Origin: Azolla caroliniana
Lineage: Eukaryota; Plantae; Polypodiophyta
Direction: 5' to 3'
Assembly (NCBI GenBank): GCA_043228905.1
Contig: JBHGNT010000020.1
Location: forward strand, 1,364,001 to 1,428,000
Length of the DNA: 64,000 nucleotides
Position numbers and translations under genes: made by a program
Notes under the pieces: model-generated
What the model saw: the letters and a program-made list of their open reading frames with translations, nothing else
Database searches by the model: none
What the model was told of the DNA's origin: nothing
Shown: positions 13,305-24,079 of the stretch, piece after piece
How positions within the stretch are numbered: position 1 is the stretch's first letter
Layout: the number at the start of each line of letters is the position of its first letter

Positions 13305-13500
13305 GTCTTCGGTGAGGGCCACACATGATCACTCACACCCGTTGGCGTTCTAATCTCTGGTGAGGACCGTACATGGTCGCTCACACCCGTTAGTGTTCCA
13401 ATCTCCGGGGAGGACCGCACATGGTCACTCACGTCCATTGGTGTTCTAGTCTCCGGTGAGGACAACATATGGTTCCTCACGACCTTCAGTGCTCCAATTC
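13305..13500. repeat. 48-bp minisatellite, 4 copies
   Basis: GG(T/G)GAGG-core units start at 13311, 13359, 13407 and 13455. Confidence 0.85.
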
Positions 13501-13509
13501 CCATCCATC

Positions 13510-14570
13510 CCTACACCACGCTTTCGTAAAGGCGACCGCCGCAAGGTGGAGGCTGGTGACGACCATGTCGTCCACATATAGCAAGATGCACACTAGACCG
13601 TTTGGACCTTTCTGGACGAACAAGAAAGAGTCGGATTTTGAGACCTCAAACCCCATCTTATGCAACTGTTGCGTTATTTTGGAGTTCCAAGCTCGTGGGG
13701 CTTGTTTGAGGCCATAAAGCGACTTCTTTAGTCAGCATACTGCCGACTTGTTCAATTCTGATTGAAAACTGGGGGGTTGGGCCATAAATACCTATTCTTC
13801 CTAGTCGCCTTGAAGAAACACATTCTTGACATCCATCTGGTGGAGAGGCCACCCCCTTGCCGTTGCAACCACCAACACCACACAAACTGTCATCATCTTC
13901 ACCACTGGCGTGAAGGTCTAGTCGTAATCGGCACCATGGGTCTGCACATATCCCTTTACCACCAATTGGGCCTTATATTGGTTGACCGAGCCGTCAACGT
14001 TGTACTTTACCTTGTAGACCCATTTGCACCCGATTGGCTTATAGTATCAGGGAGGGTCAACCAAGTCCCATATTTGGTTGACATTTAGTTCTTGCATTTC
14101 TTCCTCCATGTCCAATCTCCATTTGGCATCTTGTGATGCTTCCCCATCGCTTTTTGGCTCTCGAACTTCGACTACTTTCGACATGTATGCATAATGATGC
14201 GCTATGTACTCATTGTATCCATACACGATCACTAGGTTCTTGTGGAGAGTCAATCAACGTAACTTCTCATTTTCCAATTTTAGGGCCCTCTTGGCCGCAT
14301 CTGACCTGAACTATTAAGGTTCCTTTTCACTCCGGTTGGTGTCAGATTCTCCTTGATCCAATGCACCTCTTCCTGTGCCATACTCCGACATCTTCATTTT
14401 TCCGTTCTCTTTGTGTGTATATTGTCTTCTCGATTTCTTGCACGGGAACTGCACAACTGAGTCTTGACTGTTCGCCGGCTCTTCATACGATTGGCTATTA
14501 CGGCTCAGCTCTTCATTAGGGCCACTCAGGTGGAATGAAGTTAGACTCTCTTCTAGAGTGTCAATTTGTT
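13510..14570 (-). mobile_element. Degenerate Copia RT fragment
   Basis: ILLYVDDMVVT (~13555-13590), KKSLYGLKQAPRAW, and YIAHHYAYMSKV linker shared with the 3609-5850 and 8870-13114 fragments. Confidence 0.85.
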
Positions 14571-16557
14571 CTTCAAACTTGTCAACAACGTGAGTGGACC
14601 TCAAACCACCTAGACGAAAAAAAAATCTTGAAGCAAAACAACCAACTTGCATGCGTTCCACACTTGCCTGATAGAACACTCCTAGTGTGGTAGTCTAGGT
14701 TGATTTCCTTGTCGTTGTTACCAACCCCCCGTCCGAACGAGCGATGCAAGGTCCACAACGTAGAATGTGATCTCCACCCCCACGTTCCTCTCGAGATGAG
14801 ATAGAGAGAGCTTGGAGCTTCCCAAGGATACTCCTTTGAAAGGAGGTAGTACGAACACCGGTCTATCTACGTTCATCAATGTAGCACACTTGGAACCATA
14901 CGTGTCCCACCGTAGTCCCCACATGTTTAGTGTTTGAGCGTTAGCGGGTTCTAGTTTAATGTCCACGTGCTCACACACCCCTACATGCACATGCGAGTGC
15001 ACACATTTACGTATACATGCTATCGTTGCTCGATAAGTTCTCACGCAAGGAGGAGAATGTGCTACAGGTTGCGCCCAAATTGTCTAGGAACAATATGACA
15101 CCTAGGATTAGCCTAGACATGTGGGAGGGTGGACTAGTTGGTATGGGTTTTGTGCAAGAGTTGTACGTAAGACGCAAACATTATGGTAATCGGAGACTTG
15201 GTGAGTGACATGCATGTGCTCTGATTGCATGGTCATGTGTATATAAAGGTGGAGGGAGGAATGTCAATACAGTCCATTAGGAGACAAGCACTCAAATCGC
15301 AATGGCAAAGCTTACTTCCGTATTCCTCATGGCCATGATCATGCTCATTACGTGTACTGCAACCAATGCTAGGTCCGTAGGGCAGGACCATGAAGAGGAG
15401 CGACGCGATTGACGTCGTGAGGGAGACATTGACAAGGAGAGGCGTGATTGACACCGAAAGGGGGAGTAGGACGAGGAGAGGCATGAGTGATGTCGTGAGG
15501 GGTTCCCTGAGGAGGGGCATTGCTACAGAGACAACAGAGAAAGACTCCAAAGAGGAGAGGAAACGTCGTAGATATGGTCGCGATGAGCCATGTGACGAGG
15601 AACTGAGGCGAGAGTTCGATGACTTCATTGACAAGCAAATCCGAGAGCTACAAGACCGCTCCGAAAGAGAGGAAGGTGAACAAGGACGTCGCTCCCCATG
15701 GATCGAAAACACTCGATATAGTTCAAGACCCTCAGAATGGTGCTGTAAGAACGTCGAATGAATCCCCGTCGAAGATCGATGCGATCGCCTACATGATGCC
15801 TTGTATGTGACGAGGAGGAATGATGCAATGAAGGTCGCCGCCATGGCCAACAATCAAGGGAACACCATAGGTGGGAGGAAGAGGACGAGGAGCGCGAGAT
15901 ACATAGCCATGAGGGACAAGAGGGTGGCAAGAGAGATATACGTGGGCGACAACAAGGTGACAAATGCCACCACCGCATGTCCCGACGACAAGAGCACGAA
16001 CAACAACAACGTCGTCAGTTCAAGGCCGATGACAAGGAAAGAGCTCTAGGCATCGCCGCCTCCTACCTAATCCAACAATGTGATCTTTGCCCTTGTGCTT
16101 GTATTCATTGCTCCTAAATAATACATCAACCTTGTTCAAATTATTCTCATGGTCTCCCTTTAATTTGTCCTAGTGTTTACGAACAAGTGTGTTTCCCCAA
16201 TCACGCATTACACCGACACGAACGTAAACACGAGCCCCAACAACTTTCGAACAACCGTGTCCCTCCGACGTATAGAATTTGTCTATATTGGACGCTCTAT
16301 TCTAGTCCACGATCCATACGAAACAAATTCTCCAAACTTGTCAATGATGCGAGTGGATCTCAAACCACCCAGATAGAAAAAAACCTCGAAGCAAAACACC
16401 CAACTTGCACATATCAACTGCTAACGTCAACTTGACAACACGGAGAATGTGACATTGCGTTCCACACTTGCCCAATAGGACACTCCTAGTGTGGTAGTCC
16501 GGGTTGCTTTCCTTGTCGTTGTTACCAACCCCCTGTCTGAACAAGTGATGCAAGGTC
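14571..16557 (+). repeat. Unclassified ~1.76-kb tandem repeat unit (copy 1 and start of copy 2)
   Basis: 14571-15295 aligns with 16330-16557 plus 37358-37853 as diverged copies; GTATATAAAGG TATA-like box at ~15239 and ~37795. Confidence 0.7.
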
Positions 16558-16976
16558 TGTTGTTCTCTGACCGGACAAGGCCTAACACAAGGTGTCACGG
16601 AGACACTTCACCAAAGGGTGATTACGGCATAGGATTATGACTCAACGATTACACCGACTTAAGTAGGTTACACGATTAGAGCGCTTTTGTTAATTACACG
16701 CGTAAGATATAACAGTAATTACAGAACGGAAATCAACACAGAAGTATAAACACCATACGCTCTATTAATTATCCGCTGCGATTACAATGGGGTCCGGGCC
16801 TTTAAATAGGTTTCCGGCCCGTAGTACAAAACGGTGCCTATCGCACCTATTCGGGATCCGTCCGGATCTGGAACGGCATACCGTTTCCAGTCCGTCCGTC
16901 CACACTATGCTTATTTACAACCATACTTAATTAATTCCTTCACTCCGTATTTTGGACTCCTTGCCGGCCGGTAACA
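16558..16976 (-). repeat. Gypsy 3' LTR (419 bp)
   Basis: TGTTG...GTAACA; direct repeat of 36685-37102. Confidence 0.95.
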
Positions 16977-16978
16977 CA

Positions 16979-16994
16979 TGGCACGCCCGTGGGA
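16979..16994 (+). promoter_or_regulatory. Inverted PBS-like site (tRNA-Arg UCU 3' end) at the position of the PPT
   Basis: TGGCACGCCCGTGGGA, 2 nt from the LTR. It matches the remembered plant tRNA-Arg(UCU) complement TGGCACGCCCGGTGGGA with one G missing. Confidence 0.7.
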
Positions 16995-17028
16995 TAGTAC
17001 CTTGTACGTCGAACCCTTCTCGGCCCCT

Positions 17029-18357
17029 TCATTGTTCACCCAAATTGTCCAAAATACTTTGTTCCAGAGTTTCCAATTGTTCTTCCGGTTGTGGTTGTTG
17101 CGGCTGTGCTTGCTGCTGCTGCTGTGGTTGCGGTTGGGACTGAGACTGCTCCGGCTGCTCTATTGGCGGCTGCTCCGTTTGTTTCTCTGACTCCGGCATC
17201 TCCGTTTGACTGTTTCCGGTCCGGTCTCCTTCCAGTAACGGTTCCTCATCACTGAGGTTGACCGTAACCGGTTCTCGTGCTTTCTCTTCCCGGATCCGGG
17301 ACCTCTCGTAGCTTTCAAACTGGATCTGCGCCTCCAGCCTGTCGTCGTCCAGCTGAGCTACAAGTTGCCGGACTTTCCCTAGTTGGTCCTCTGCCAAGGC
17401 TTGAAAGTCTTCGGCTAGCTCATCTCTTATGCCGGTGAAGTCTTTGGAAGTCAGCATATAGCAATCATCCCCCTCCTTCCGCCGGTTCTCTACGTCGGCC
17501 CGGAGCAATTGGAGTTCCGCCGCGTTCTGGGCCCACTTGGTCCACCATTTGACGGAACCGCCGTCAATCAAGCTCTTGGTCTGGTTCAACCAGGCCCGCA
17601 TGATATCCTGGATGCGACTTGCTCCCATTTGCGCTCTACTTTCCACAACTTGTCGTTCCTCCTTCAACTGCTTGATGAGATTAGCAGTATCCTCCGCTTG
17701 CTCTTTGTAGTGCGTCAGCTGCCCTTGATATGTTGTTTGCAGCTTCTGCAGTACCGCCGCCGCTCTTTCTCTTTCCGCCTGCTGTTGCCTGAGGAGCTCC
17801 GTCCGAACCTTCTCTGCCTCTTCCAACCGTCTTCTGGTTTCCGCTTGTTCATTAGCGTATGCCGTTGCGGTCCGATCAACTGCTTGTCGGAGCTCATCCA
17901 TCCGTTCCTTGTGCTCCGTTTGCATCCGTTTATACTCCCGGTGCAAGTGCTCAAACTCCTCCGTTTGTTGTTTGAGCTTGCCGTTGATCTGGCGATGGTT
18001 CCGGTCCTCCCGGTCCTTTTGCTGCCGGAGTTCCTCTTTCAGGCGCTCTACTTCTGTTTCGGCGTTCCTCCGGAGCCTGTCCTTCTCTTGCAGCATTTTC
18101 TCCTTCTCCTCCTTGAGCCGGTCGTACGCTTGGTGGCCTTTTCGTAAGCTCTCCTCGGCCCGGCGTAGATTCTCAGCAGTCTTTTTGAGTTCTGCCTCCG
18201 CTGCCGTCTTCAACTCTCTTTCGTGGCTCCTCAGCGCTTCTTGGGCAGCTAGCTCATCCTTTAAGTCCGCAAGCTCTTGGGCTTGTGCCGCATTTCTCTC
18301 CGGAACGGTTTCCGTTGTCGGGGTCTTATTGCTATGTACAGGTTGATCTGACGCTTT
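17029..18357 (-). CDS. C-terminal half (long coiled coil, Q/P-rich tail) of the Gypsy extra ORF
   Basis: In frame with 29016-30356 once Copia A and one ATTCT copy are removed (...GNVQN|KASDQP...). Confidence 0.8.
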   Translation of the reverse strand, partial: KASDQPVHSNKTPTTETVPERNAAQAQELADLKDELAAQEALRSHERELKTAAEAELKKTAENLRRAEESLRKGHQAYDRLKEEKEKMLQEKDRLRRNAETEVERLKEELRQQKDREDRNHRQINGKLKQQTEEFEHLHREYKRMQTEHKERMDELRQAVDRTATAYANEQAETRRRLEEAEKVRTELLRQQQAERERAAAVLQKLQTTYQGQLTHYKEQAEDTANLIKQLKEERQVVESRAQMGASRIQDIMRAWLNQTKSLIDGGSVKWWTKWAQNAAELQLLRADVENRRKEGDDCYMLTSKDFTGIRDELAEDFQALAEDQLGKVRQLVAQLDDDRLEAQIQFESYERSRIREEKAREPVTVNLSDEEPLLEGDRTGNSQTEMPESEKQTEQPPIEQPEQSQSQPQPQQQQQAQPQQPQPEEQLETLEQSILDNLGEQ

Positions 18358-18999
18358 ATTCTTGTTGGGAATCGACGCTCCGATTCACTTTCACCACTCG
18401 GCCACAACCGAGGAAACACACGAATCAATGCAGCAGAAAATAGGAAACACAGAGAAAGACACGATGACACAGGGATTAACGTGGAAAACCCTGTACGGGA
18501 AAAACCACGGGAGTACAAGACTCCGAACCAAAACTATGCACAGAGAAATATACAATGGCGAGCTGCAAGGCGACGACCTTGAGCTCGCTGTCCTCGCCAC
18601 AGGCGGCGGAATTACACAGAGGCGTCGACCTCTTCCTTTCTCACACTCTATCTCTCTCACGGCTGCTCTCTCTCTCTCTCTCACGGCTGCTCTCTCCCTT
18701 CACTCCTCTTGAGTGGAAAAACAGAAAAATGAGTAGCAACAATAAACTGTTTGCCCTAAGTCATATTTATACACATATGACTTTGGGGCTATTTACAACT
18801 ATAGCCTCAAGGGCCCTTGGCAAACATATTCACAGATATGTCCCCGCATCCGGATCTCTCTCCGGGTACATTCGTCATCCGGCTCCGAAGCCGGGGTCTT
18901 CATCATCCGGTTCCGAAACCGCAACCGGGCTTGTCGGCATTCATCTCCGACATCCGACCATCCCATCCGAAGGGACCGTAATCCCAACAAACTCCCCCT

Positions 19000-21900
19000 T
19001 CACTCCGGCATGGGATGTCTCTCCAATCCGATCCTCTTCCGGCATGCTTCCAGCTTGTCGGATGTGAGCACCTTGGTCAGCATATCCGACCCGTTCTCGT
19101 CCGTGTGGATCTTCGTCAGCACGAACTCCTTGTCTTCTATCCTTTCCCGGATCCAGTGATATCTTCGCTGGATGTGCTTCGTCCAGGAGTGATAGGCCGC
19201 GTTCTTCGCAAGGTGGATTGCACTCTGACTGTCGCAGTAGAGTCGGTCCTCCTCCTGCCGGATACCGAGCTCTCTAATGAAGTCCTTCATCCATATTATT
19301 TCCTTGCCGGCTTCAACAGCCGCCATGTACTCCGCCTCCGTGGTTGACAACGCAACCGTCTTCTGCAGCCTCGACTGCCATGAAACAGCTCCCCCTGCAT
19401 ACGTCATCACATACCCTGATGTGGACCGGCTGGTATCTGCATCAGCCGACATATCCGAATCGGTGAAGCCGTCGAGTTCGGGCTTACCGGAGCCGAATCG
19501 GAGGCACACGTTTGCCGTGCCCTTCAGGTATCGGAGTATCCACTTGGCCGCGTTCCAATGCTCTTTGCCGGGATTGCTCATGTACCGGCTCACCACTCCG
19601 ACTGCATATCCTATGTCCGGTCGGGTACACACCATTGCGTACATCAAGCTCCCGACGGCAGAGGCATATGGCACTTTCATCATGTCCTCCTTCTCAGCCT
19701 TTGTCTTGGGGCTTTGCTTGCTGGACAGCTTGCAGTTTGCCGGGAGGGTCGATCCGACCGGTCTTGCTTCCGACATGTTGAACCGGTGAAGCACCTTTGT
19801 CACGTACTTCTCCTGTGACAGCCACAACTGCTTCTTCTTCCGGTCCCGGATGATGTGCATCCCTAGTATTTGCCTCGCCGGACCCAAGTCCTTCATTGAG
19901 AAGGTTCGGTGAAGAGCCTTCTTCAGCATCCGTATCTTGCCCTGGTCTCGTCCGACGATCAACATGTCATCCACGTACAGGAGGAGTATTAGAAAGTCTC
20001 CTCCTTCGAACTTCTTCACAAACACGCAGTGATCGGACTGCGTTTTGTGGTACCCTTCGTCTGTCATGAAGGAGTCGAACTTCCGGTACCATTGCCGGGG
20101 AGCCTGCTTCAGACCGTAAAGGCTCTTCTTCAACCGGCATACCAGGTGCTCCTTCCCTTTCTTCTCGAATCCTTCCGGTTGCTGCATGTAGATCTCTTCT
20201 TCGAGGTCACCGTGAAGGAATGCCGTCTTCACGTCCATCTGTTCTACCTCGAGGTCCATGCTTGCCGCTATGCTCAACACCGTCCGGATGGAGGTCATCT
20301 TCACTACCGGGGCAAATATCTCGTCGAAGTCGACGCCCTTCTTCTGCTGAAACCCCTTCACCACGATCCTGGCTTTGTATCTCGGGGGGTTTCCGGCATC
20401 TCTCGGTTTCAGCTTGAACACCCACTTGTTACGGAGTGCCCGTTTTCCTTTCGGCAGCTCCACAAGTTCATATGTGTGGTTCTCATGCAGGGAATCCATC
20501 TCCTCCTGCATGGCACTTAACCACCTGCAGCTATGGGTGTCATGCTTCGCTTCTTCAAAGCTTTCCGGCTCCCCTTCGTCGGTTAGCAGCACGTGCTCTG
20601 GTTCCGGAAATCTCCGGGGGGCCCTTCTCTCTCTTAGAGGATATCTCCGTTCCGGAGCTTCGGTAACCGGTTCTTCCGATTCTTCTTCATCCGAATCCAT
20701 TTCGGGATCGGGGCCGGTTCCGGTATCATTTTCATCTTCTTCGGCCGGTACTATTTCTTCACCGTCTTCGGCCGGATCCTCGAGTGCTAACCGGTCCCTT
20801 GCCGGTCGGGACTGCTCCTCGTAGAGTTGATCCTCACCGGTCGACTTGGAGCTCTTCATCTTCTTCTCCGACTCCCAGTCGGCGAGTGTCTTGTTCTCCA
20901 TGAAGATGATATCACGACTCCGGAATATCTTCTTGTCGACCGGGTCCCATACTCGGTAGCCGAACTCGTCATCGCCGTAACCGAGGAATATGCATGGCCG
21001 GGTCTTTGGATCTAGCTTTCCTCTCCGGTCCTTAGCCACATGCACATATGCGAGACACCCGAACACCTTCAGATGCCGGTAGGATACTTCCCTACCGGTC
21101 CACACTCTCTGCGGCGTGTCTCCGTCCAAAGGTACTGAGGGTGATCTGTTTATCACGTATGTCGCCGTCGACATCGCCTCAGCCCAAAACCCCTTGGGTA
21201 ATTCCGCATGCGCCAGCATACTCCGGACCCTCTCCATTATGGTCCGGTTCATCCTCTCGGCCAGCCCGTTCAGTTCCGGCGTCTTCGGCACAGTAAACTC
21301 GAGCCGGATTCCCTTCAAGCGACAGTACTCCGCGAACTGCCCCCGGTATTCCCCTCCGTTATCCGCTCGTATCGCTTTCAGCTTCTTGCCGGATTCCCTT
21401 TCCACTCTCGCGTGGAGTTCTTTGAAGACGCACAACACTTGGTCCTTTGTCTTCAACGGTGCCGTCCACAGCTTCCGGCTGTGATCATCAATGAATATTA
21501 CGAAGTACTGGGCTCCGCCATGTGACTTCGTTTCTACCTGACACACATCAGTGTGCACCAACTCCAATGGTGCGCTACGTCTCGTCGGTGGCCTTGAGTG
21601 GAAGGAGGTTCGGTTCTGCTTACCGGCCAGGCAATCGGTGCACTTCTCCAGGTGCACATGCTTCACTGGAATAAGGTTGTCTTCTGCAAGCCTCTTCATC
21701 CCCTTCTCACTCATGTGGCACAGTCTCTTGTGCCACAGCTCACCGGCAGTGTCGGCTGCCACGTTCAACTCTTCCGGACACAACCAGGCATTCATAAGGT
21801 ACAGTGTGTTGACTTTCCGGGCCCGAGCCACTATTAGGCTCCCTTTGCTGAACTTCATTACGCCGTTCCGGATGCTACCTGTGTAGCCTTCATCGTCTAG

Positions 21901-23073
21901 CCTCCCGGCCGAAATCAGGTTCAATCGAACCTCCGGAACGTGTCGGACATCCTTCAACAGCATTTTGCATCCGGTCGAGGTTGTCAACCACACGTCTCCT
22001 ATGCCGGCAATCCGGCACGTACCTTCATTTCCCATCCGAACACAGCCATGCTCACCGGCTGTGTAGGATGAGAAGTATCTTCTCTCCGGGGTCAGGTGGA
22101 ACGATGCTCCGGAATCGACCACCCAGGTCGTCTCATCGCCGGCAATGTTTAGTTCACCTTCTTCGGTGATGAGCATGATTTCTTCCTCACTTGCCGCGAG
22201 TGCCGTCGTTCCTTTCCGGTCTTGCCCTCGCCGATCCGAACCTCTCCGGTCCGTGGCTCCCCGGTATGCACCGTTTCTCTCCGGTGACTTCTTCGAATCG
22301 GTGTCGTCGGCTCCGTTGTCCTTTCGGTAATGCCGACAATTCTTCCGGAAGTGCCCCGGCTTCCCACAGTGGAAGCATGTGGGTCTTCCTCTTGACTGCG
22401 ACCGGGTCCCCGACTTCTCCCGTCTTTGCGGACTCCGGTTCCATTGTCTTCCCCGTTCTGATTCGGTAAGCAGCGCCTTCGAGTCGGAGGCCGGTTCTTT
22501 ATCTCTCCGACGCGCTTCTTCGTTCAAAATACTTGTCTTTACCGTTTGTAGGGACAAGTTATCTTCCGTGCAGGAGGTGCTGAGAGTCACCACCAAGTTC
22601 TCCCAGCTTTCCGGCAATGTACACATCAGAATGATGGCTTGCATTGCATCCTCCAGCGGGAACTTGATCGCCGCAAGCTGGTTCACGAATCCCATGAACG
22701 TGCTTACGTGTTCCACCATACTCTCGCCGTCCCGGTACTTGAGGTTCACTATCTTCCTCATCAGGGAGGTCCGGTTCAACGCATTCTTCCTCTCGTAGAG
22801 GCCCGACAGCTTCCGCCACATCTCATATGCGTTGATGTCGTTCGCCACATGTTGTAGAACGCTCACGTCGACGTATTGCCGAATGGTTGCAACGGCTTTC
22901 CGGTTCAGAAGCCTCCATTCCGACTCAAGTACCCCCTTCGGTATTTCCGACCTGTCAATCGGTTCGTACAGGTCCCGAACAATCAGAAGATCCTCCATCT
23001 TGATCTTCCAGTCGGCGTAATTCTGCGCATTCAGCACCATCATCCCCGACTGCCCGCTGCCGCCGCCTTCCAT
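19000..23073 (-). CDS. Copia Gag-Pol polyprotein (1357 aa from MEGGG)
   Basis: CFHCGKPGHFRKNC, VDSGAS, WHKRLCH, HTDVC...RADNGGEY...AERMNRT, YVDD, FTDSD...ADMLTK-type end (SDMLTK). No stops. Confidence 0.95.
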   Translation of the reverse strand: MEGGGSGQSGMMVLNAQNYADWKIKMEDLLIVRDLYEPIDRSEIPKGVLESEWRLLNRKAVATIRQYVDVSVLQHVANDINAYEMWRKLSGLYERKNALNRTSLMRKIVNLKYRDGESMVEHVSTFMGFVNQLAAIKFPLEDAMQAIILMCTLPESWENLVVTLSTSCTEDNLSLQTVKTSILNEEARRRDKEPASDSKALLTESERGRQWNRSPQRREKSGTRSQSRGRPTCFHCGKPGHFRKNCRHYRKDNGADDTDSKKSPERNGAYRGATDRRGSDRRGQDRKGTTALAASEEEIMLITEEGELNIAGDETTWVVDSGASFHLTPERRYFSSYTAGEHGCVRMGNEGTCRIAGIGDVWLTTSTGCKMLLKDVRHVPEVRLNLISAGRLDDEGYTGSIRNGVMKFSKGSLIVARARKVNTLYLMNAWLCPEELNVAADTAGELWHKRLCHMSEKGMKRLAEDNLIPVKHVHLEKCTDCLAGKQNRTSFHSRPPTRRSAPLELVHTDVCQVETKSHGGAQYFVIFIDDHSRKLWTAPLKTKDQVLCVFKELHARVERESGKKLKAIRADNGGEYRGQFAEYCRLKGIRLEFTVPKTPELNGLAERMNRTIMERVRSMLAHAELPKGFWAEAMSTATYVINRSPSVPLDGDTPQRVWTGREVSYRHLKVFGCLAYVHVAKDRRGKLDPKTRPCIFLGYGDDEFGYRVWDPVDKKIFRSRDIIFMENKTLADWESEKKMKSSKSTGEDQLYEEQSRPARDRLALEDPAEDGEEIVPAEEDENDTGTGPDPEMDSDEEESEEPVTEAPERRYPLRERRAPRRFPEPEHVLLTDEGEPESFEEAKHDTHSCRWLSAMQEEMDSLHENHTYELVELPKGKRALRNKWVFKLKPRDAGNPPRYKARIVVKGFQQKKGVDFDEIFAPVVKMTSIRTVLSIAASMDLEVEQMDVKTAFLHGDLEEEIYMQQPEGFEKKGKEHLVCRLKKSLYGLKQAPRQWYRKFDSFMTDEGYHKTQSDHCVFVKKFEGGDFLILLLYVDDMLIVGRDQGKIRMLKKALHRTFSMKDLGPARQILGMHIIRDRKKKQLWLSQEKYVTKVLHRFNMSEARPVGSTLPANCKLSSKQSPKTKAEKEDMMKVPYASAVGSLMYAMVCTRPDIGYAVGVVSRYMSNPGKEHWNAAKWILRYLKGTANVCLRFGSGKPELDGFTDSDMSADADTSRSTSGYVMTYAGGAVSWQSRLQKTVALSTTEAEYMAAVEAGKEIIWMKDFIRELGIRQEEDRLYCDSQSAIHLAKNAAYHSWTKHIQRRYHWIRERIEDKEFVLTKIHTDENGSDMLTKVLTSDKLEACRKRIGLERHPMPE

Positions 23074-23477
23074 TTTTTGCAGCAGCTCGCTCTGATACCA
23101 GTTTGTTGGGAATCGACGCTCCGATTCACTTTCACCACTCGGCCACAACCGAGGAAACACACGAATCAATGCAGCAGAAAATAGGAAACACAGAGAAAGA
23201 CACGATGACACAGGGATTAACGTGGAAAACCCTGTACGGGAAAAACCACGGGAGTACAAGACTCCGAACCAAAACTATGCACAGAGAAATATACAATGGC
23301 GAGCTGCAAGGCGACGACCTTGAGCTCGCTGTCCTCGCCACAGGCGGCGGAATTACACAGAGGCGTCGACCTCTTCCTTTCTCACGCTCTATCTCTCTCA
23401 CGGCTGCTCTCTCTCTCTCTCTTGTTGGGATTTCGGTCCCTCCGGATGGGATGTCCCCGGAGATAAATGACAGCAAG

Positions 23478-23585
23478 CCCGGTTACGGAGCCGGATGATG
23501 AAGACCCCGGTTACGGAGCCGGATGATGAAGACCCCGGTTACGGAGCCGGATGCTGAAGACCCCGGTTACGGAGCCGGATGACGA
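23478..23585. repeat. 28-bp tandem repeat in the U3 of Copia B (also ~28130-28237)
   Basis: CCCCGGTTACGGAGCCGGATGATGAAGA, about 4 copies. Confidence 0.9.
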
Positions 23586-24079
23586 ATGTACCCGGAGAGA
23601 GATCCGGATGCGGGGACATATTTGTGAATATGTTTGCTAAGAGCCCTTGAGGCTATATTTGTAAATAGCCCGAAAGTCATATGTGTATAAATATGACTTA
23701 GGGCAAACAGTTTAAGTTGTTGCTCATTTTGAGAGAGAGAGAAAAGTGAGTAGCCGAGAGAGAGAGAGAGAGAGAGAGAGACGAAGAGGTCGTTGCCTCT
23801 GTGTACTGCCGCCGCCTGTGGCGAAGACAGTGAGCTCAAGGTTGTTGCCTTGTAGCTTCACCATTGTACATCTCTGTCTATAGTGATAGTTGGAGTCGGA
23901 GGACTCCCGTGGTTTTTCCCCAGTTAGGGTTTTCCACGTAAAACATCCCGTGTACTCTTCTCTCTATTGTACTTCGTGCATTTTGTATTTCCTGTTTTCG
24001 GAAAGTTGATCCTATTCCTCGGTTGTGGCCGAGCACTGTTGTCCTACAAATTGGTATCAGAGCACGGTTAACACAGAAA

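Noticed and set aside
13305-13500. Repeat arrays (also 38155-38375 and LTR U3 arrays) as CRISPR
   Set aside because: No unique spacers, no cas genes, eukaryotic context.
17029-18213. Coiled-coil ORF as a captured host myosin- or SMC-like gene
   Set aside because: It is the in-frame second half of the Gypsy extra ORF; coiled-coil similarity is non-specific.
19015-22857. Many antisense ORFs over Copia and Gypsy coding regions
   Set aside because: Shadow ORFs of GC-rich coding sequence, repeated only because the elements are paralogous.
23074-23259. N-terminal extensions of the Copia ORFs in the ORF track (also 51284-51406 and 53971-54105)
   Set aside because: They run through the PBS into the LTR; the real starts are the ATGs after the PBS.
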